64,000 nucleotides of DNA from an uncultured Eubacteriales bacterium (GCA_949283695.1 CASDTX010000035.1:11296-75295), one strand, 5' to 3'; numbered from the stretch's first letter, positions 38,962 to 48,756 are shown. Translations and numbers: made by a program. Notes: generated from the sequence alone by a model not told the origin.

Positions 38962-39627
38962 ATGACGTTAGAAACAGGAGCGCTGCTGGCAGCAGCTGTG
39001 ATGATGATTCTGGGAACGTATTATTTCCGCAGGAAGAAGACAGACCGTGTCAGGGCCCTGGCCTGCAAGGCGGCGGCCACGGCAATGCCCGGCCTGCTTC
39101 TCCTGTGGTCCATCGCAGAAGGGAGCCGCCTGTCTGCCGGCTCGGCATGGGCATTGGCGGCGATTCTTTTCTATATGACTGCAGATGTACTTCTGGAGTG
39201 TAAATTCGTTCTGGGCGCGGCAGCGTTCGGCATCGGGCATATCTGTATGACAGCCGGATTCCTTGCTGAGAGGATGGACGGTGCAGTTCTGTTGACAGCG
39301 GCCGGATTTCTCTGCCTGTTTATGGGCGCGGCATATCTGGCCCTTCATCAGTATTTCCAACGCTTAAAAGCGAAAAAACTGTATGCACCGGCAGTCTTGT
39401 ACATTTTCCTTCTGAACACGATGGCAGGCTGCGCGGCTGCCTACGGGATCCTGGAAGGCGGATGGAAGGGAGCGGCAGCTGTGGCCGGCGGGGTGTGCTT
39501 CGCCGTATCGGATCTTCTTCTGGGACAGAACCGGCTCGGACAGAAGCGCAGCATCCGAAAGGGAGCGGTCGTGCTGATCCTGTATTACCTGGCAGTTTAC
39601 CTGTTTGCGATTTCCCGTATATGGTAA
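38962..39627 (+). CDS. YhhN / lysoplasmalogenase family membrane protein
   Basis: 'CKAAAT', 'ADVLL', 'FGIGHICM', 'FAVSDLLL', 'LYYLA'. Confidence 0.75.
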   Translation: MTLETGALLAAAVMMILGTYYFRRKKTDRVRALACKAAATAMPGLLLLWSIAEGSRLSAGSAWALAAILFYMTADVLLECKFVLGAAAFGIGHICMTAGFLAERMDGAVLLTAAGFLCLFMGAAYLALHQYFQRLKAKKLYAPAVLYIFLLNTMAGCAAAYGILEGGWKGAAAVAGGVCFAVSDLLLGQNRLGQKRSIRKGAVVLILYYLAVYLFAISRIW

Positions 39628-39648
39628 AGATGAAGCGCTGCAGATAAT

Positions 39649-39726
39649 GCAACCGTTCAGCCCGTGCCATTGGCAAACCCGCACTTCATGTTTGTTGGGG
39701 CGGCTGCCCCTTGTACACCGACACTA
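39649..39726 (+). repeat. Dispersed intergenic repeat, copy B
   Basis: GCAACCGTTCAGCCCGTGCCATTGGCAAACCCGCACTTCATGTTTGTTGGGGCGGCTGCCCCTTGTACACCGACACTA; aligns with the reverse complement of 14457-14517; its tail recurs at 21724 and 24164. Confidence 0.75.
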
Positions 39727-39747
39727 AAAAAGATCAAGAATTCAAGG

Positions 39748-39776
39748 TTGACAATGATAATTATACACACTATAAT
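39748..39776 (+). promoter_or_regulatory. Consensus sigma-A promoter of the ilvBN leader
   Basis: TTGACA-17 nt-TATAAT. Confidence 0.9.
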
Positions 39777-39804
39777 GTATATAAATTTCAGCTTTAAGAC
39801 CATA

Positions 39805-40120
39805 AATGAAATGCAGTGATAAGGAGGAGTACATAATTTTCCGATGCACAGAGAGGGGATGGCCGGTGTAAATCCCCGTGAGGATGTTATGGAAGGTAGC
39901 CTTTGAGCAGTGGACTGAACGGCGTTTGCCAAGTAGGCTCCAACGTGATTCCCGCGTTACTGGGAAACGGTATCGGATATGGCGCAGAGCAGCCGGACGC
40001 GGCTGCGGCGGGCAGTCAGATTCCTGTACCGGCAGAGTGCAGAGAACGTTTTCTCTGAATTTAGGTGGTAACACGGATGGAACATTCGCCCTGAGCAGCA
40101 GATGCTCAGGGTTTTCTTTT
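39805..40120 (+). ncRNA. T-box riboswitch, probably Val-specific (specifier GTA at 39896-39898)
   Basis: Stem I with AGTA and AGAGA motifs, GAAG-GTA-GCC specifier loop, T-box AATTTAGGTGGTAACACG (40058-40075), terminator CCCTGAGCA-gcaga-TGCTCAGGG-TTTT (40089-40120); the UGGU bulge fits an A discriminator. Confidence 0.9.
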
Positions 40121-40155
40121 ATGCAGCTGGTCTTAGGAAAAAGGAGGCAGGGAAA

Positions 40156-41874
40156 TTGAGACAGATTACAGGAAACAAATTACTGGTAAGAGCTTTGAAG
40201 GAAGAAGGGGTGGATACGATATTCGGATATCCGGGCGCCTGCACGATTGATATCAGCGATGAGCTGTACAGGCAGGATGATATTCGTGTGATCCTTCCGC
40301 GCCATGAGCAGGCGCTTGTGCATGAGGCAGATGCATATGCGAGAACGACGGGCAAGGTAGGCGTCTGCCTGGTAACCAGCGGACCGGGAGCAACCAATCT
40401 GGTGACCGGACTTGCTACGGCGAACTATGACAGCGTTCCGCTTGTCTGCTTTACCGGGCAGGTGGCGAAGCACCTGATCGGAAACGACGCCTTCCAGGAG
40501 GTGGATATTGTCGGAATTACGCGGAGCATTACCAAATACGGCGTGACAGTCCGCAACCGTGAGGATCTGGGACGGATTATTAAAGAAGCGTTCTACATCG
40601 CGAGAACCGGGCGTCCGGGGCCGGTACTGATTGATCTGCCCAAGGACGTTATGTGTGAACTGGGAAGCGCGGAGTACCCGAAGACCGTGAATATCCGGGG
40701 ATATAAGCCGAATACCAGCGTTCATATGGGGCAGCTGAAGCGGGCGCTCAAAATGCTGAAAAAGGCGAAGAAACCGCTGTTTCTGGCAGGCGGCGGGGTG
40801 AATATCGCCCGTGCGTCATCCGTGTTTACTGAGGTGGTAAACAAGACGAATGTGCCGGTGGTTACCACGATCATGGGCCGCGGGGCAGTGCCGACGAATC
40901 ATCCGCTGTACATCGGCAATCTGGGAATGCACGGACAGTATGCGGCGAACATGGCAGTGGGCGAGTGTGATCTTCTCTTTTCCATCGGAACACGGTTCAA
41001 TGACCGGATCACAGGGAAACTTCACGCATTTGCACCGAAGGCACAGATCGTTCATATTGATATTGATACGGCTTCGATTTCCAGGAATATTCAAGTCCAT
41101 GTGCCGATCGTGGCAGACGCCCTGGAAGCGATTACGAAGATGAATGAGTATGTGGAGCCGTGTGAAACCAAGGAATGGCGGAAACAGATCCAGGACTGGA
41201 AGGAAGAGCACCCGCTGATGATGAAAGACCGCGGGCAGATGAGCCCGATGGACATCATCCAGGAGATGAACCGCCAGTTTGACGAGGCGATCATTACCAC
41301 GGATGTGGGACAGCATCAGATGTTTGTGACCCAGTATGCGGAGATCACGGAGAAGAAACAGCTTGTCACCTCCGGCGGACTGGGGACAATGGGATACGGA
41401 TTTCCGGCTGCCATCGGGGCGAAATTGGGCAATCCGGATAAGCCGGTCATCGCCATATCCGGGGACGGCGGAATGCAGATGAATATCCAGGAATTTGCCA
41501 CAGCGGTTCTGGAGGAGCTTCCTTTGATTCTCTGCGTATTTAATAATGAATATCTGGGAATGGTGCGCCAGTGGCAGAAGCTGTTCTACGGCAAGCGCTA
41601 CGGCATGACCAATCTGCGCGCAGGTGCCCTCTACCGGCGCACGAATGGCGAGGAGATGCCGGAGTATACACCGGATTTCGTGCGTCTGGCAGAGAGCTAC
41701 GGGGCGAAAGGCATCCGCGTAATGCAGAAGGAAGACATTGCCGCCGCATTCGAGGAGGCAAAGAAAAATACGAAGACTCCTACTTTGATCGAATTTATTA
41801 TTGATCCGGAAGAGATGGTATATCCGATGATCCAGCCCGGCGGAACGCTGGAAGAGATGATTATGGACTGTTAA
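40156..41874 (+). CDS. ilvB: Acetolactate synthase large subunit
   Basis: 'FGYPG', 'RHEQ', 'TSGPGATN', 'DAFQE', 'SGGLGTMG', ThDP motif 'GDGG...N'; TTG start after AAGGAGG. Confidence 0.96.
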   Translation: MRQITGNKLLVRALKEEGVDTIFGYPGACTIDISDELYRQDDIRVILPRHEQALVHEADAYARTTGKVGVCLVTSGPGATNLVTGLATANYDSVPLVCFTGQVAKHLIGNDAFQEVDIVGITRSITKYGVTVRNREDLGRIIKEAFYIARTGRPGPVLIDLPKDVMCELGSAEYPKTVNIRGYKPNTSVHMGQLKRALKMLKKAKKPLFLAGGGVNIARASSVFTEVVNKTNVPVVTTIMGRGAVPTNHPLYIGNLGMHGQYAANMAVGECDLLFSIGTRFNDRITGKLHAFAPKAQIVHIDIDTASISRNIQVHVPIVADALEAITKMNEYVEPCETKEWRKQIQDWKEEHPLMMKDRGQMSPMDIIQEMNRQFDEAIITTDVGQHQMFVTQYAEITEKKQLVTSGGLGTMGYGFPAAIGAKLGNPDKPVIAISGDGGMQMNIQEFATAVLEELPLILCVFNNEYLGMVRQWQKLFYGKRYGMTNLRAGALYRRTNGEEMPEYTPDFVRLAESYGAKGIRVMQKEDIAAAFEEAKKNTKTPTLIEFIIDPEEMVYPMIQPGGTLEEMIMDC

Positions 41875-41893
41875 GAAAGGAGTGCGTTTAGAA

Positions 41894-42403
41894 ATGGATA
41901 ATACGATGAAAAAGAGATGGATCTCCCTTTATGTTGAAAACCAGGTGGGCGTGCTCTCGAAGATATCGGGGCTGTTCTCCGGCAAATCTTACAACCTGGA
42001 CAGCCTGACGGTAGGCACGACAGAAGACCCCACGGTCTCCAGAATGACAATCGCCACAGTAAGCGATGACGAGACCTTTGAGCAGATTAAGAAGCAGTTA
42101 AACCGTATGATCGAAGTGATTAAGGTGATCGATTTTACGGATATCTTCGTGCGGATGAAAGAGATCCTTTATGTGAAAGTCATGAAATGCTCGGTTGCAG
42201 ATAAGGTGGAAGTATTTCAGATCGCAGAAACATTTAAGGCAAAGGTCATTGACTATGGCAGAGACAGTGTGCTTGTAGAATTTGTGCAGACAGCGACGAA
42301 AAATGACGCTGTCGTGAAGCTGATGAAAGAAGAATTCAAGACGATCGAGGTCGTCAGAGGCGGAAGTGTGGGAATCGAATCCATCAGTATGATGGAAAGG
42401 TAA
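41894..42403 (+). CDS. ilvN: Acetolactate synthase small (regulatory) subunit
   Basis: ACT 'VENQVGVLSKISGLF...NLDSLTVG', 'EQIKKQLN'. Confidence 0.93.
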   Translation: MDNTMKKRWISLYVENQVGVLSKISGLFSGKSYNLDSLTVGTTEDPTVSRMTIATVSDDETFEQIKKQLNRMIEVIKVIDFTDIFVRMKEILYVKVMKCSVADKVEVFQIAETFKAKVIDYGRDSVLVEFVQTATKNDAVVKLMKEEFKTIEVVRGGSVGIESISMMER

Positions 42404-42544
42404 AAGTGAAACAGTCTCCTGACGTCAGATGGCGGAACTGTTTTCTAAAAACCGAGCGCACTCTTGATTTTTCTTAATGACAGTATTATAATGTCACCAG
42501 AAAGAACAGAAGGGCTGTTTGTCCGGATGAATGGAGGATTCACA

Positions 42545-43570
42545 ATGGAGAAGAAAACTATTGACTGGGAGAATATCGGGTTTGGCTATATGCAGACTGA
42601 CAAGCGTTATGTGTCAAATTATAAAGACGGGAAATGGGATGAAGGAGCTCTGATTGACGACCCGAATATTACCATGAATGAGTGCGCCGGCGTGCTGCAG
42701 TATGCGCAGACTGTATTCGAGGGAATGAAGGCGTATACCACAGAGGACGGCCGTATCGTGACTTTCCGCCCGGATCTGAATGCAGCCCGCATGGTAGATT
42801 CAGCGAAACGTCTGGAGATGCCGGTATTTCCGGAGGACAGATTTGTGGATGCGGTTGTACAGGTAGTGAAGGCCAATGCAGCGTATGTGCCGCCGTATGG
42901 TTCCGGAGCAACGCTGTACATCAGACCGTATATGTTCGGCATCAATCCGGTAATCGGAGTGAAACCGGCAGATGAATATCAGTTCCGTATCTTTACCACT
43001 CCGGTCGGACCGTACTTCAAAGGCGGGGCAAAGCCGATCACGATCTGCGTTTCTGATTTTGACCGCGCAGCGCCGCACGGAACAGGGCATATCAAGGCCG
43101 GACTGAATTATGCCATGAGCCTTCACGCAATCGTGACAGCTCACGGAAACGGATTCGATGAAAATATGTATCTGGATTCAGCGACAAGAACGAAAGTGGA
43201 AGAGACAGGAGGAGCGAACTTTATCTTTATTACAAAGGATCATAAGGTCGTAACGCCGCACTCAAATACGATCCTTCCGTCTATCACAAGAAGATCCATC
43301 ATGTATGTGGCAGAGCATTATCTCGGCCTGGAAGTAGAGGAGAGAGATGTTTACTTCGATGAAGTAAAAGACTTTGCAGAATGCGGTCTCTGCGGAACCG
43401 CTGCAGTGATCTCTCCGGTCGGAAAAGTAGTGGATCATGGACATGAGATCTGCTTCCCGAGCGGCATGGAGAAGATGGGACCGATTACACAGAAGCTGTA
43501 TGATACACTGACAGGAATCCAGATGGGCCATATTGAGGCGCCGGAGGGCTGGATCAAGGTGATCGAGTAG
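42545..43570 (+). CDS. ilvE: Branched-chain amino acid aminotransferase
   Basis: 'YAQTVFEGMKAY', 'LYIRP', 'KAGLNY', 'ETGGAN', 'ILPSITR', 'GTAAVISPV'. Confidence 0.96.
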   Translation: MEKKTIDWENIGFGYMQTDKRYVSNYKDGKWDEGALIDDPNITMNECAGVLQYAQTVFEGMKAYTTEDGRIVTFRPDLNAARMVDSAKRLEMPVFPEDRFVDAVVQVVKANAAYVPPYGSGATLYIRPYMFGINPVIGVKPADEYQFRIFTTPVGPYFKGGAKPITICVSDFDRAAPHGTGHIKAGLNYAMSLHAIVTAHGNGFDENMYLDSATRTKVEETGGANFIFITKDHKVVTPHSNTILPSITRRSIMYVAEHYLGLEVEERDVYFDEVKDFAECGLCGTAAVISPVGKVVDHGHEICFPSGMEKMGPITQKLYDTLTGIQMGHIEAPEGWIKVIE

Positions 43571-43627
43571 AACATGTGAGATAAGAGAACATCAGCAGGA
43601 AACTGCCGGATTCTTTGAGGAAAAAGC

Positions 43628-43668
43628 AGGCTGCGGGAGATGATTTTCGAGATTGTCTCCCGCAGCCT
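43628..43668. terminator. Hairpin between convergent ilvE and mgtE
   Basis: AGGCTGCGGGAGAT...GTCTCCCGCAGCCT, with an A-run on the left. Confidence 0.7.
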
Positions 43669-43704
43669 TGTTGATGTGCGGACCTCAGCGCACGTATCTG
43701 TATA

Positions 43705-45036
43705 TCAGAGGTGAAAAAGCGTAGTTGCAATCTGAAAATAGATCAGAATCGAGAAAATATCCACCAGCGTTGTGATCAGCGGGGAAGCCATCAGCGCCGG
43801 ATCCAGATGGATTCTGCTGGCACACAGCGGCAGGATACATCCGATCAGCTTGGCCATGATGATGGTTCCCATCAGAGACAGCGCGATGACGACTGCCAGG
43901 CTTGTGTCCTGATACTGGATCAGGATACGCACGCCATTGCTGACAGCCAGCACGGATCCTACCACAAGGGAGATGCGGAACTCTTTGAACATGACCCGGA
44001 AGAGATCTGCGAACCGGATCTGGGACAGCGCAATTCCACGGATGATCAGAGTGGAGCTCTGGGCTCCGCAGTTGCCGCCTGTATCCATCAGCATGGGAAT
44101 AAAGGCCACCAGAAGCGGAACCGCGGCGAAAGCGTCTTCATACTTGGTAATGATCGTTCCGGTGATCACGGATGTGAACATCAGAATGAGCAGCCAGGGG
44201 ATCCTGTTTTTCGCATGGATCAGCACCGGGGTCTCGAAATAGGTCTTCTCACTGGGATTGATGGCTGCCATTTTGGTGATATCTTCGGTAGCTTCTTCTA
44301 CCATGACATCCATCGCATCATCAAAGGTAACAATGCCGACCATTCTGCCGCCGGTGTCGAGGACGGGGATTGCCAGGAAATCATATTTGGTGAAAAGCTG
44401 CGCAACTGCTTCTTTATCCGTATGTGTGGCGACGGAGATGATCTCGGTTTCCATGAGATCTTTGATCTGTACATTGTCGTCTGTGGTCATCAGATCTTTT
44501 GCGCTGACGATACCGATCAGTTTCCGCTTGTCAGTGACATAGCAGGTATAGATGGTCTCTTTGTGGATCCCGGTCTCCTTGATGTGGGCCATGGCCTGAG
44601 CCACGGTCATGGATTCCCGGATATCTACATACTCCGTAGTCATAATGCTGCCCGCGCTGTCTTCCGGGTAATTCAGCAGCTGGTTGATCAGCGCGCGGTC
44701 CGCCGCGCTGACGGTGTCCAGGATGCGGTTGACCAGGTTCGCGGGAAGCTCCTCGAGGAGATCCACGGTGTCATCCATGTAGAGGTCGTCGAGCAGTTCT
44801 TTGAGCTCCTTTTCGGAAAAGATCTCTACCAGGTATGTCTGCATGGAACTGTCCATGTTGGCGAATACTTCTGCCGCCTTGTCCTTCGGAATCAGACGGA
44901 ACGCAAGAGCAAGCTCTTTGCCATCCAGTTCTGAGAGAAGGGAGGCTATGTCCACTTCGTTCATTACATCCAGAATGCTTCTCACAGCTTTGAACTGACG
45001 CTGCTGGAGAAGTTTTACAAGAATATCTTTGTTCAT
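43705..45036 (-). CDS. mgtE: Magnesium transporter MgtE
   Basis: N domain, CBS pair 'YPEDSAGSIMT', TM 'GGNCGAQ', 'DPALMASPLITTLVD'. Confidence 0.96.
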   Translation of the reverse strand: MNKDILVKLLQQRQFKAVRSILDVMNEVDIASLLSELDGKELALAFRLIPKDKAAEVFANMDSSMQTYLVEIFSEKELKELLDDLYMDDTVDLLEELPANLVNRILDTVSAADRALINQLLNYPEDSAGSIMTTEYVDIRESMTVAQAMAHIKETGIHKETIYTCYVTDKRKLIGIVSAKDLMTTDDNVQIKDLMETEIISVATHTDKEAVAQLFTKYDFLAIPVLDTGGRMVGIVTFDDAMDVMVEEATEDITKMAAINPSEKTYFETPVLIHAKNRIPWLLILMFTSVITGTIITKYEDAFAAVPLLVAFIPMLMDTGGNCGAQSSTLIIRGIALSQIRFADLFRVMFKEFRISLVVGSVLAVSNGVRILIQYQDTSLAVVIALSLMGTIIMAKLIGCILPLCASRIHLDPALMASPLITTLVDIFSILIYFQIATTLFHL

Positions 45037-45211
45037 AAGCAATACCTCTCTTTCTGTAATTTACTGTCGCTGCTAAATGATAACTGGCACCAGAGTCCAT
45101 ACCCTCACCTCCTCAGACGGCCGCCGATGCAGAGATTCGGAGGGGGCTTTCCCACTCGCGGCAGCCAAACGGACATGCCTGCATATGCGCTTGGCCGCTG
45201 TCCGCGGGAAT

Positions 45212-45241
45212 AAAAAACCGTCACTGCCTGAACAGTGACGG
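45212..45241 (-). terminator. Expression-platform terminator of the M-box
   Basis: Minus strand CCGTCACTG-ttcagg-CAGTGACGG-TTTTTT. Confidence 0.8.
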
Positions 45242-45277
45242 AGTCATAACATACAATATAAACATGACAGACATGCA

Positions 45278-45427
45278 CCGTTCAAGCTTTAGTATCACAG
45301 GGCATATCAATTGCATTAGGCTGCACCTTCACGATACAGCCTGCTGACCATCTTATTGTGTCTCCACAAACTCGCGGCAGCAATCTTCGGGATATACCCA
45401 ATCCCTGTGGTAACCTCACCTACCGAA
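45278..45427 (-). ncRNA. M-box (ykoK) Mg2+ riboswitch
   Basis: Minus strand TTCGGTAGGTGAGG...TGCTGCC...GAGAC...GGTCAGCAG...ATCG..AAGGT..TAATGCA...CTAAAGCT, upstream of mgtE. Confidence 0.92.
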
Positions 45428-45544
45428 TGATGTATTTTGTTTTTTTGCTTTCTCATTGTAGTCCATCTGCGGCTGCCTGTCAAGGAAAAAGAATGGCACT
45501 GCTGTGAATGGTGCAGGGAGAAGCAGGGAGGAAAGGTAAGAGAT

Positions 45545-46045
45545 ATGCAGAGAGATGGAATAGATATTTCAGCCAATATTGTAAAGGAAGCCGTGATTCT
45601 CGGGAATGTGTCAGTGGGGCCGGATTCTACCGTACTGTTTCATGCTGTTCTCAGAGGAGATGCGGAGCGGATCGAAGTGGGGGAATGCAGTAATATCCAG
45701 GATAACTGTACGGTACATGCGGACAGGGGATATCCGGCTTTGATCGGTGACCATGTGACGGTAGGGCATAATGCGGTGGTGCACGGATGCACCATCGGGA
45801 ACGGCAGTCTGATCGGGATGGGATCCGTCATTCTCAACGGCGCACAGATCGGCAGGGAATGTCTGATCGGGGCGGGAAGTGTAGTGCTGGAAGGAACCGT
45901 CATCCCCGACCGGTGTCTTGCGGCGGGCAATCCGGCGAAAGTAAAGCGGCAGCTTACGGACGGCGAGTGCAGGAGACTGTATGACAGCAGCGCTTCCTAC
46001 AGAGAGACGGGAAGAAAACTGAAAAAGGACGGATATTGTGTGTGA
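45545..46045 (+). CDS. Gamma carbonic anhydrase family (YrdA-like) protein
   Basis: Hexapeptide repeats; 'AVLRGD', 'SNIQDNCTVH', 'TVGHNAVVHGCTIG'. Confidence 0.92.
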   Translation: MQRDGIDISANIVKEAVILGNVSVGPDSTVLFHAVLRGDAERIEVGECSNIQDNCTVHADRGYPALIGDHVTVGHNAVVHGCTIGNGSLIGMGSVILNGAQIGRECLIGAGSVVLEGTVIPDRCLAAGNPAKVKRQLTDGECRRLYDSSASYRETGRKLKKDGYCV

Positions 46046-46134
46046 AATCCGTGATAAACAGAGCAGAATCTGGTATAATAAACAGGCAGTCTCGAAGACC
46101 ATGCAAAAAAGAGCAAAGAAAAGAGGAATCCATC

Positions 46135-47595
46135 ATGGAGTATAAAATTACTGGTTACAAACCGGAAAAGTTATTTCATTTTTTTGAAGATATCTGTGCC
46201 GTGCCGAGAGGATCCGGCAATGAGAAAGGGATCAGCGATTTCCTTGTGAAATTCGCGCAGGACAGAGGACTCTGGGTCCGCCAGGATGATCATTACAATG
46301 TCATAATTAAGAAAAAAGGCAGCGCGGGGGCAGAGGATAAGGATCCGGTGATGCTGCAGGGACATATTGACATGGTGTGCGACAAACGCGCGGGAGTGGA
46401 GCATGATTTTGAGAAAGAGGGCATTGATCTCGTGCTGAAGGACGGCGTACTTTCGGCAAATGGGACCACGCTGGGAGCAGACAACGGCGTCGCTGTCGCT
46501 CTGATGATGATGGTGCTGGATGATGAAGAGATCAAGCACCCGCCGGTTGAGTGCGTATTTACAACCGAGGAAGAGGTGGGGCTGAACGGCGCTCAGGCTC
46601 TGGACAAGTCTCAGATCACAGCCCGCAGAATGATCAACATGGACTCTGAGGAAGAGGGTGTGGCAACCGTCAGCTGCGCGGGCGGATTAAGGGCTCAGCT
46701 CACACGTCCTGCAGAGAGAACAGCTGCCGGGGGAACGCTGGTACAGGTGAAAATCGAAGGACTTCTGGGAGGCCACTCCGGCACCGATATTGATAAAGAA
46801 CGTCAGAACGCGAATATCCTGATGGCACGTATGGTGGACTGTCTGATGAGAAATACAGAAGCGAAGCTGGTTGCATTTGCCGGCGGAACCAAGGACAACG
46901 CGATTCCGAGAGAGTGTGAGGCATCTCTGATCTTCGCGGATCCGGAAGAGGCAGCGAAGGCAGAGGAGCTCGCCTGCAGACTGGCAGAGACATTTTCCGA
47001 GGAGACAGCGTCTTTCGAACCGGATTTCAGCTGTGAGATCTCTCTGGAAGAAGGACAGAGTGTTTCCGCTCTGAAAGAGGCAGACGCGAATGCGTTCATC
47101 AGCGCCATCCGTCTTGCTCCAAACGGAGTGTACCGGCGGAATATTAAGATGGACGGATTCGTTGTCACATCCTCAAACCTGGGGATCGCAAGAGCGGATG
47201 AAGAAGAACTTGTGATCGTGATATCACCGCGCTCGTCAGCAGCGTCCCTTCAGGAAGACACGAAAGCACGTCTGCGTCTTCTCGCGGAGACATTTGGATT
47301 CGAGATCTCCTTAAGCGGAGAGTATCCGGGATGGGATTATAAAGAAGATTCCAGGATCCGTGAAGTATTCGCAGAGAGCTATCGGGAACTGTTCGGGAAA
47401 GAGATGAGATTCGAAGCGCTCCACGCGGGGCTTGAGTGCGGCCTCTTCTCAGAGGCACTTCCGGGACTGGATGCGATTGCGGTAGGACCGACACTTTACA
47501 ATGTGCATACACCGGATGAGAATGTGCCGCTGGATTCCTTTGAGAGGTTCTATGAACTTCTGAAGGACGTTCTGGGAAGACTGGCGGCTGAGTGA
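46135..47595 (+). CDS. pepD: Aminoacyl-histidine dipeptidase (M20C)
   Basis: 'LQGHIDMVC', 'TTLGADNG', 'TEEEVG', 'NMDSEEEG', 'GGHSG', 'HAGLECG', 'HTPDE'. Confidence 0.93.
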   Translation: MEYKITGYKPEKLFHFFEDICAVPRGSGNEKGISDFLVKFAQDRGLWVRQDDHYNVIIKKKGSAGAEDKDPVMLQGHIDMVCDKRAGVEHDFEKEGIDLVLKDGVLSANGTTLGADNGVAVALMMMVLDDEEIKHPPVECVFTTEEEVGLNGAQALDKSQITARRMINMDSEEEGVATVSCAGGLRAQLTRPAERTAAGGTLVQVKIEGLLGGHSGTDIDKERQNANILMARMVDCLMRNTEAKLVAFAGGTKDNAIPRECEASLIFADPEEAAKAEELACRLAETFSEETASFEPDFSCEISLEEGQSVSALKEADANAFISAIRLAPNGVYRRNIKMDGFVVTSSNLGIARADEEELVIVISPRSSAASLQEDTKARLRLLAETFGFEISLSGEYPGWDYKEDSRIREVFAESYRELFGKEMRFEALHAGLECGLFSEALPGLDAIAVGPTLYNVHTPDENVPLDSFERFYELLKDVLGRLAAE

Positions 47596-47647
47596 TACGG
47601 CTGCCGCTCTTTTCTCAATGTGGAAACGCAGAAAAGGCGAGGGTGAT

Positions 47648-48655
47648 ATGGATAGATTTTATATGGAGCTTCAGAAATCTCTGGAGACAGCAGAGGGCGA
47701 TATCTGGGCGGAGACGGTTCTGTCCGGAGAACACAGAGGCGAGAAGCACCTGCTGAATGAGATGCCGGATGCAGGCGCCCGGGCGGACGAGGAACGGCGT
47801 ACGTCTGCAGGTGAGGGCAGCGTGAGGATGTTCCGCGAGAGGATCGGCAGGACGCCCAAGATGATTATCTGCGGGGCCGGTCATGTCTCGATGCCGATTA
47901 TTCGGCTGGGGAAGATGCTTGGCTTTGTAGTGACGGTGATCGAGGACCGTCCGAAGTTTGCGGATCATGCCAGGGCGGCCGGTGCAGATCAGGTGATCTG
48001 TGAGCCGTTCCGTACCGGCCTCGCGCAGATTCGGGGCGATTCGGACTCCTGGTTTATTATTGTGACGCGTGGGCACAGGTATGACACGGAGTGTCTGGAA
48101 ACGATTCTGAAGAAACGTTATGCCTATGTGGGGATGATGGGCAGCCGGCGCAGAGTCGCGATCGTGAAAGATCAGATCGCGGCGGCGGGGGTGAGCCGGG
48201 AGATCCTGGACGGGGTGCACACGCCCATCGGACTGAAGATCGGTGCAGAGACGCCAGAGGAGATCGCGGTGTCGATTCTGGCGGAGATCATCCAGATCAA
48301 GAACGGGCCGGACCGAAACGCAGGCAGCAGAACAGGCGGGTATTCTGCGGATCTTCTGGCAGCTGTTTTCGCGGATGATGACGGGAGGAAGCGGACCCTT
48401 GCAACCATTATTGCGCGCAGGGGATCCGCGCCCCGCAGCGTGGGCACGAAGATGCTGATCCGTGAGGACGGCAGTACAGTAGATACCATCGGCGGGGGAT
48501 GCGTGGAGAGCGAGATCATCCAGAAAGCGCTTATCATGATGCGTACAAATACTCCTGATTTTCAGATCTGTACAGTGGATATGACCGCTGATGCGGCAGA
48601 AGATGAAGGCATGGTCTGCGGAGGTGTGGTGGAAGTTATGCTGGAGCTCCTGTGA
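47648..48655 (+). CDS. XdhC/CoxI-family molybdo-hydroxylase maturation factor (Rossmann domain first, CoxI domain last)
   Basis: 'ICGAGHVS', 'IVTRGHRYD', 'YVGMMGSRRR', 'PIGLKIGAETPEEIA', then 'GSAPR..GTKM...TIGGGCVE...CGG'. Confidence 0.88.
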   Translation: MDRFYMELQKSLETAEGDIWAETVLSGEHRGEKHLLNEMPDAGARADEERRTSAGEGSVRMFRERIGRTPKMIICGAGHVSMPIIRLGKMLGFVVTVIEDRPKFADHARAAGADQVICEPFRTGLAQIRGDSDSWFIIVTRGHRYDTECLETILKKRYAYVGMMGSRRRVAIVKDQIAAAGVSREILDGVHTPIGLKIGAETPEEIAVSILAEIIQIKNGPDRNAGSRTGGYSADLLAAVFADDDGRKRTLATIIARRGSAPRSVGTKMLIREDGSTVDTIGGGCVESEIIQKALIMMRTNTPDFQICTVDMTADAAEDEGMVCGGVVEVMLELL

Positions 48656-48663
48656 ACGGTAAC
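48646..48663 (+). repeat. Terminal fragment of the dispersed repeat (GCTCCTGTGAACGGTAAC)
   Basis: Identical to 14500-14517; contains the xdhC-like TGA stop. Confidence 0.75.
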
Positions 48664-48702
48664 TCAGCTGCTGGTGTTCCGTACAGGATTTTTCAGAACT
48701 GG

Positions 48703-48731
48703 TTGACACCGGTTTTTTCCGGTGTTACCAT
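48703..48731 (+). promoter_or_regulatory. Promoter of the guaD-xdh operon with a palindrome across the spacer
   Basis: TTGACA-17 nt-TACCAT with extended TG; ACACCGG-TTTTTT-CCGGTGT at 48706-48725. Confidence 0.6.
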
Positions 48732-48756
48732 AATTGCATAGAGGGAATTAATTGGA

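Noticed and set aside
43711-44934. 407-aa ORF antisense to mgtE (likewise 17771-18892, 47615-48709, 49767-51179, 61278-62228)
   Set aside because: Antisense shadows of well-supported genes with no recognisable domains.
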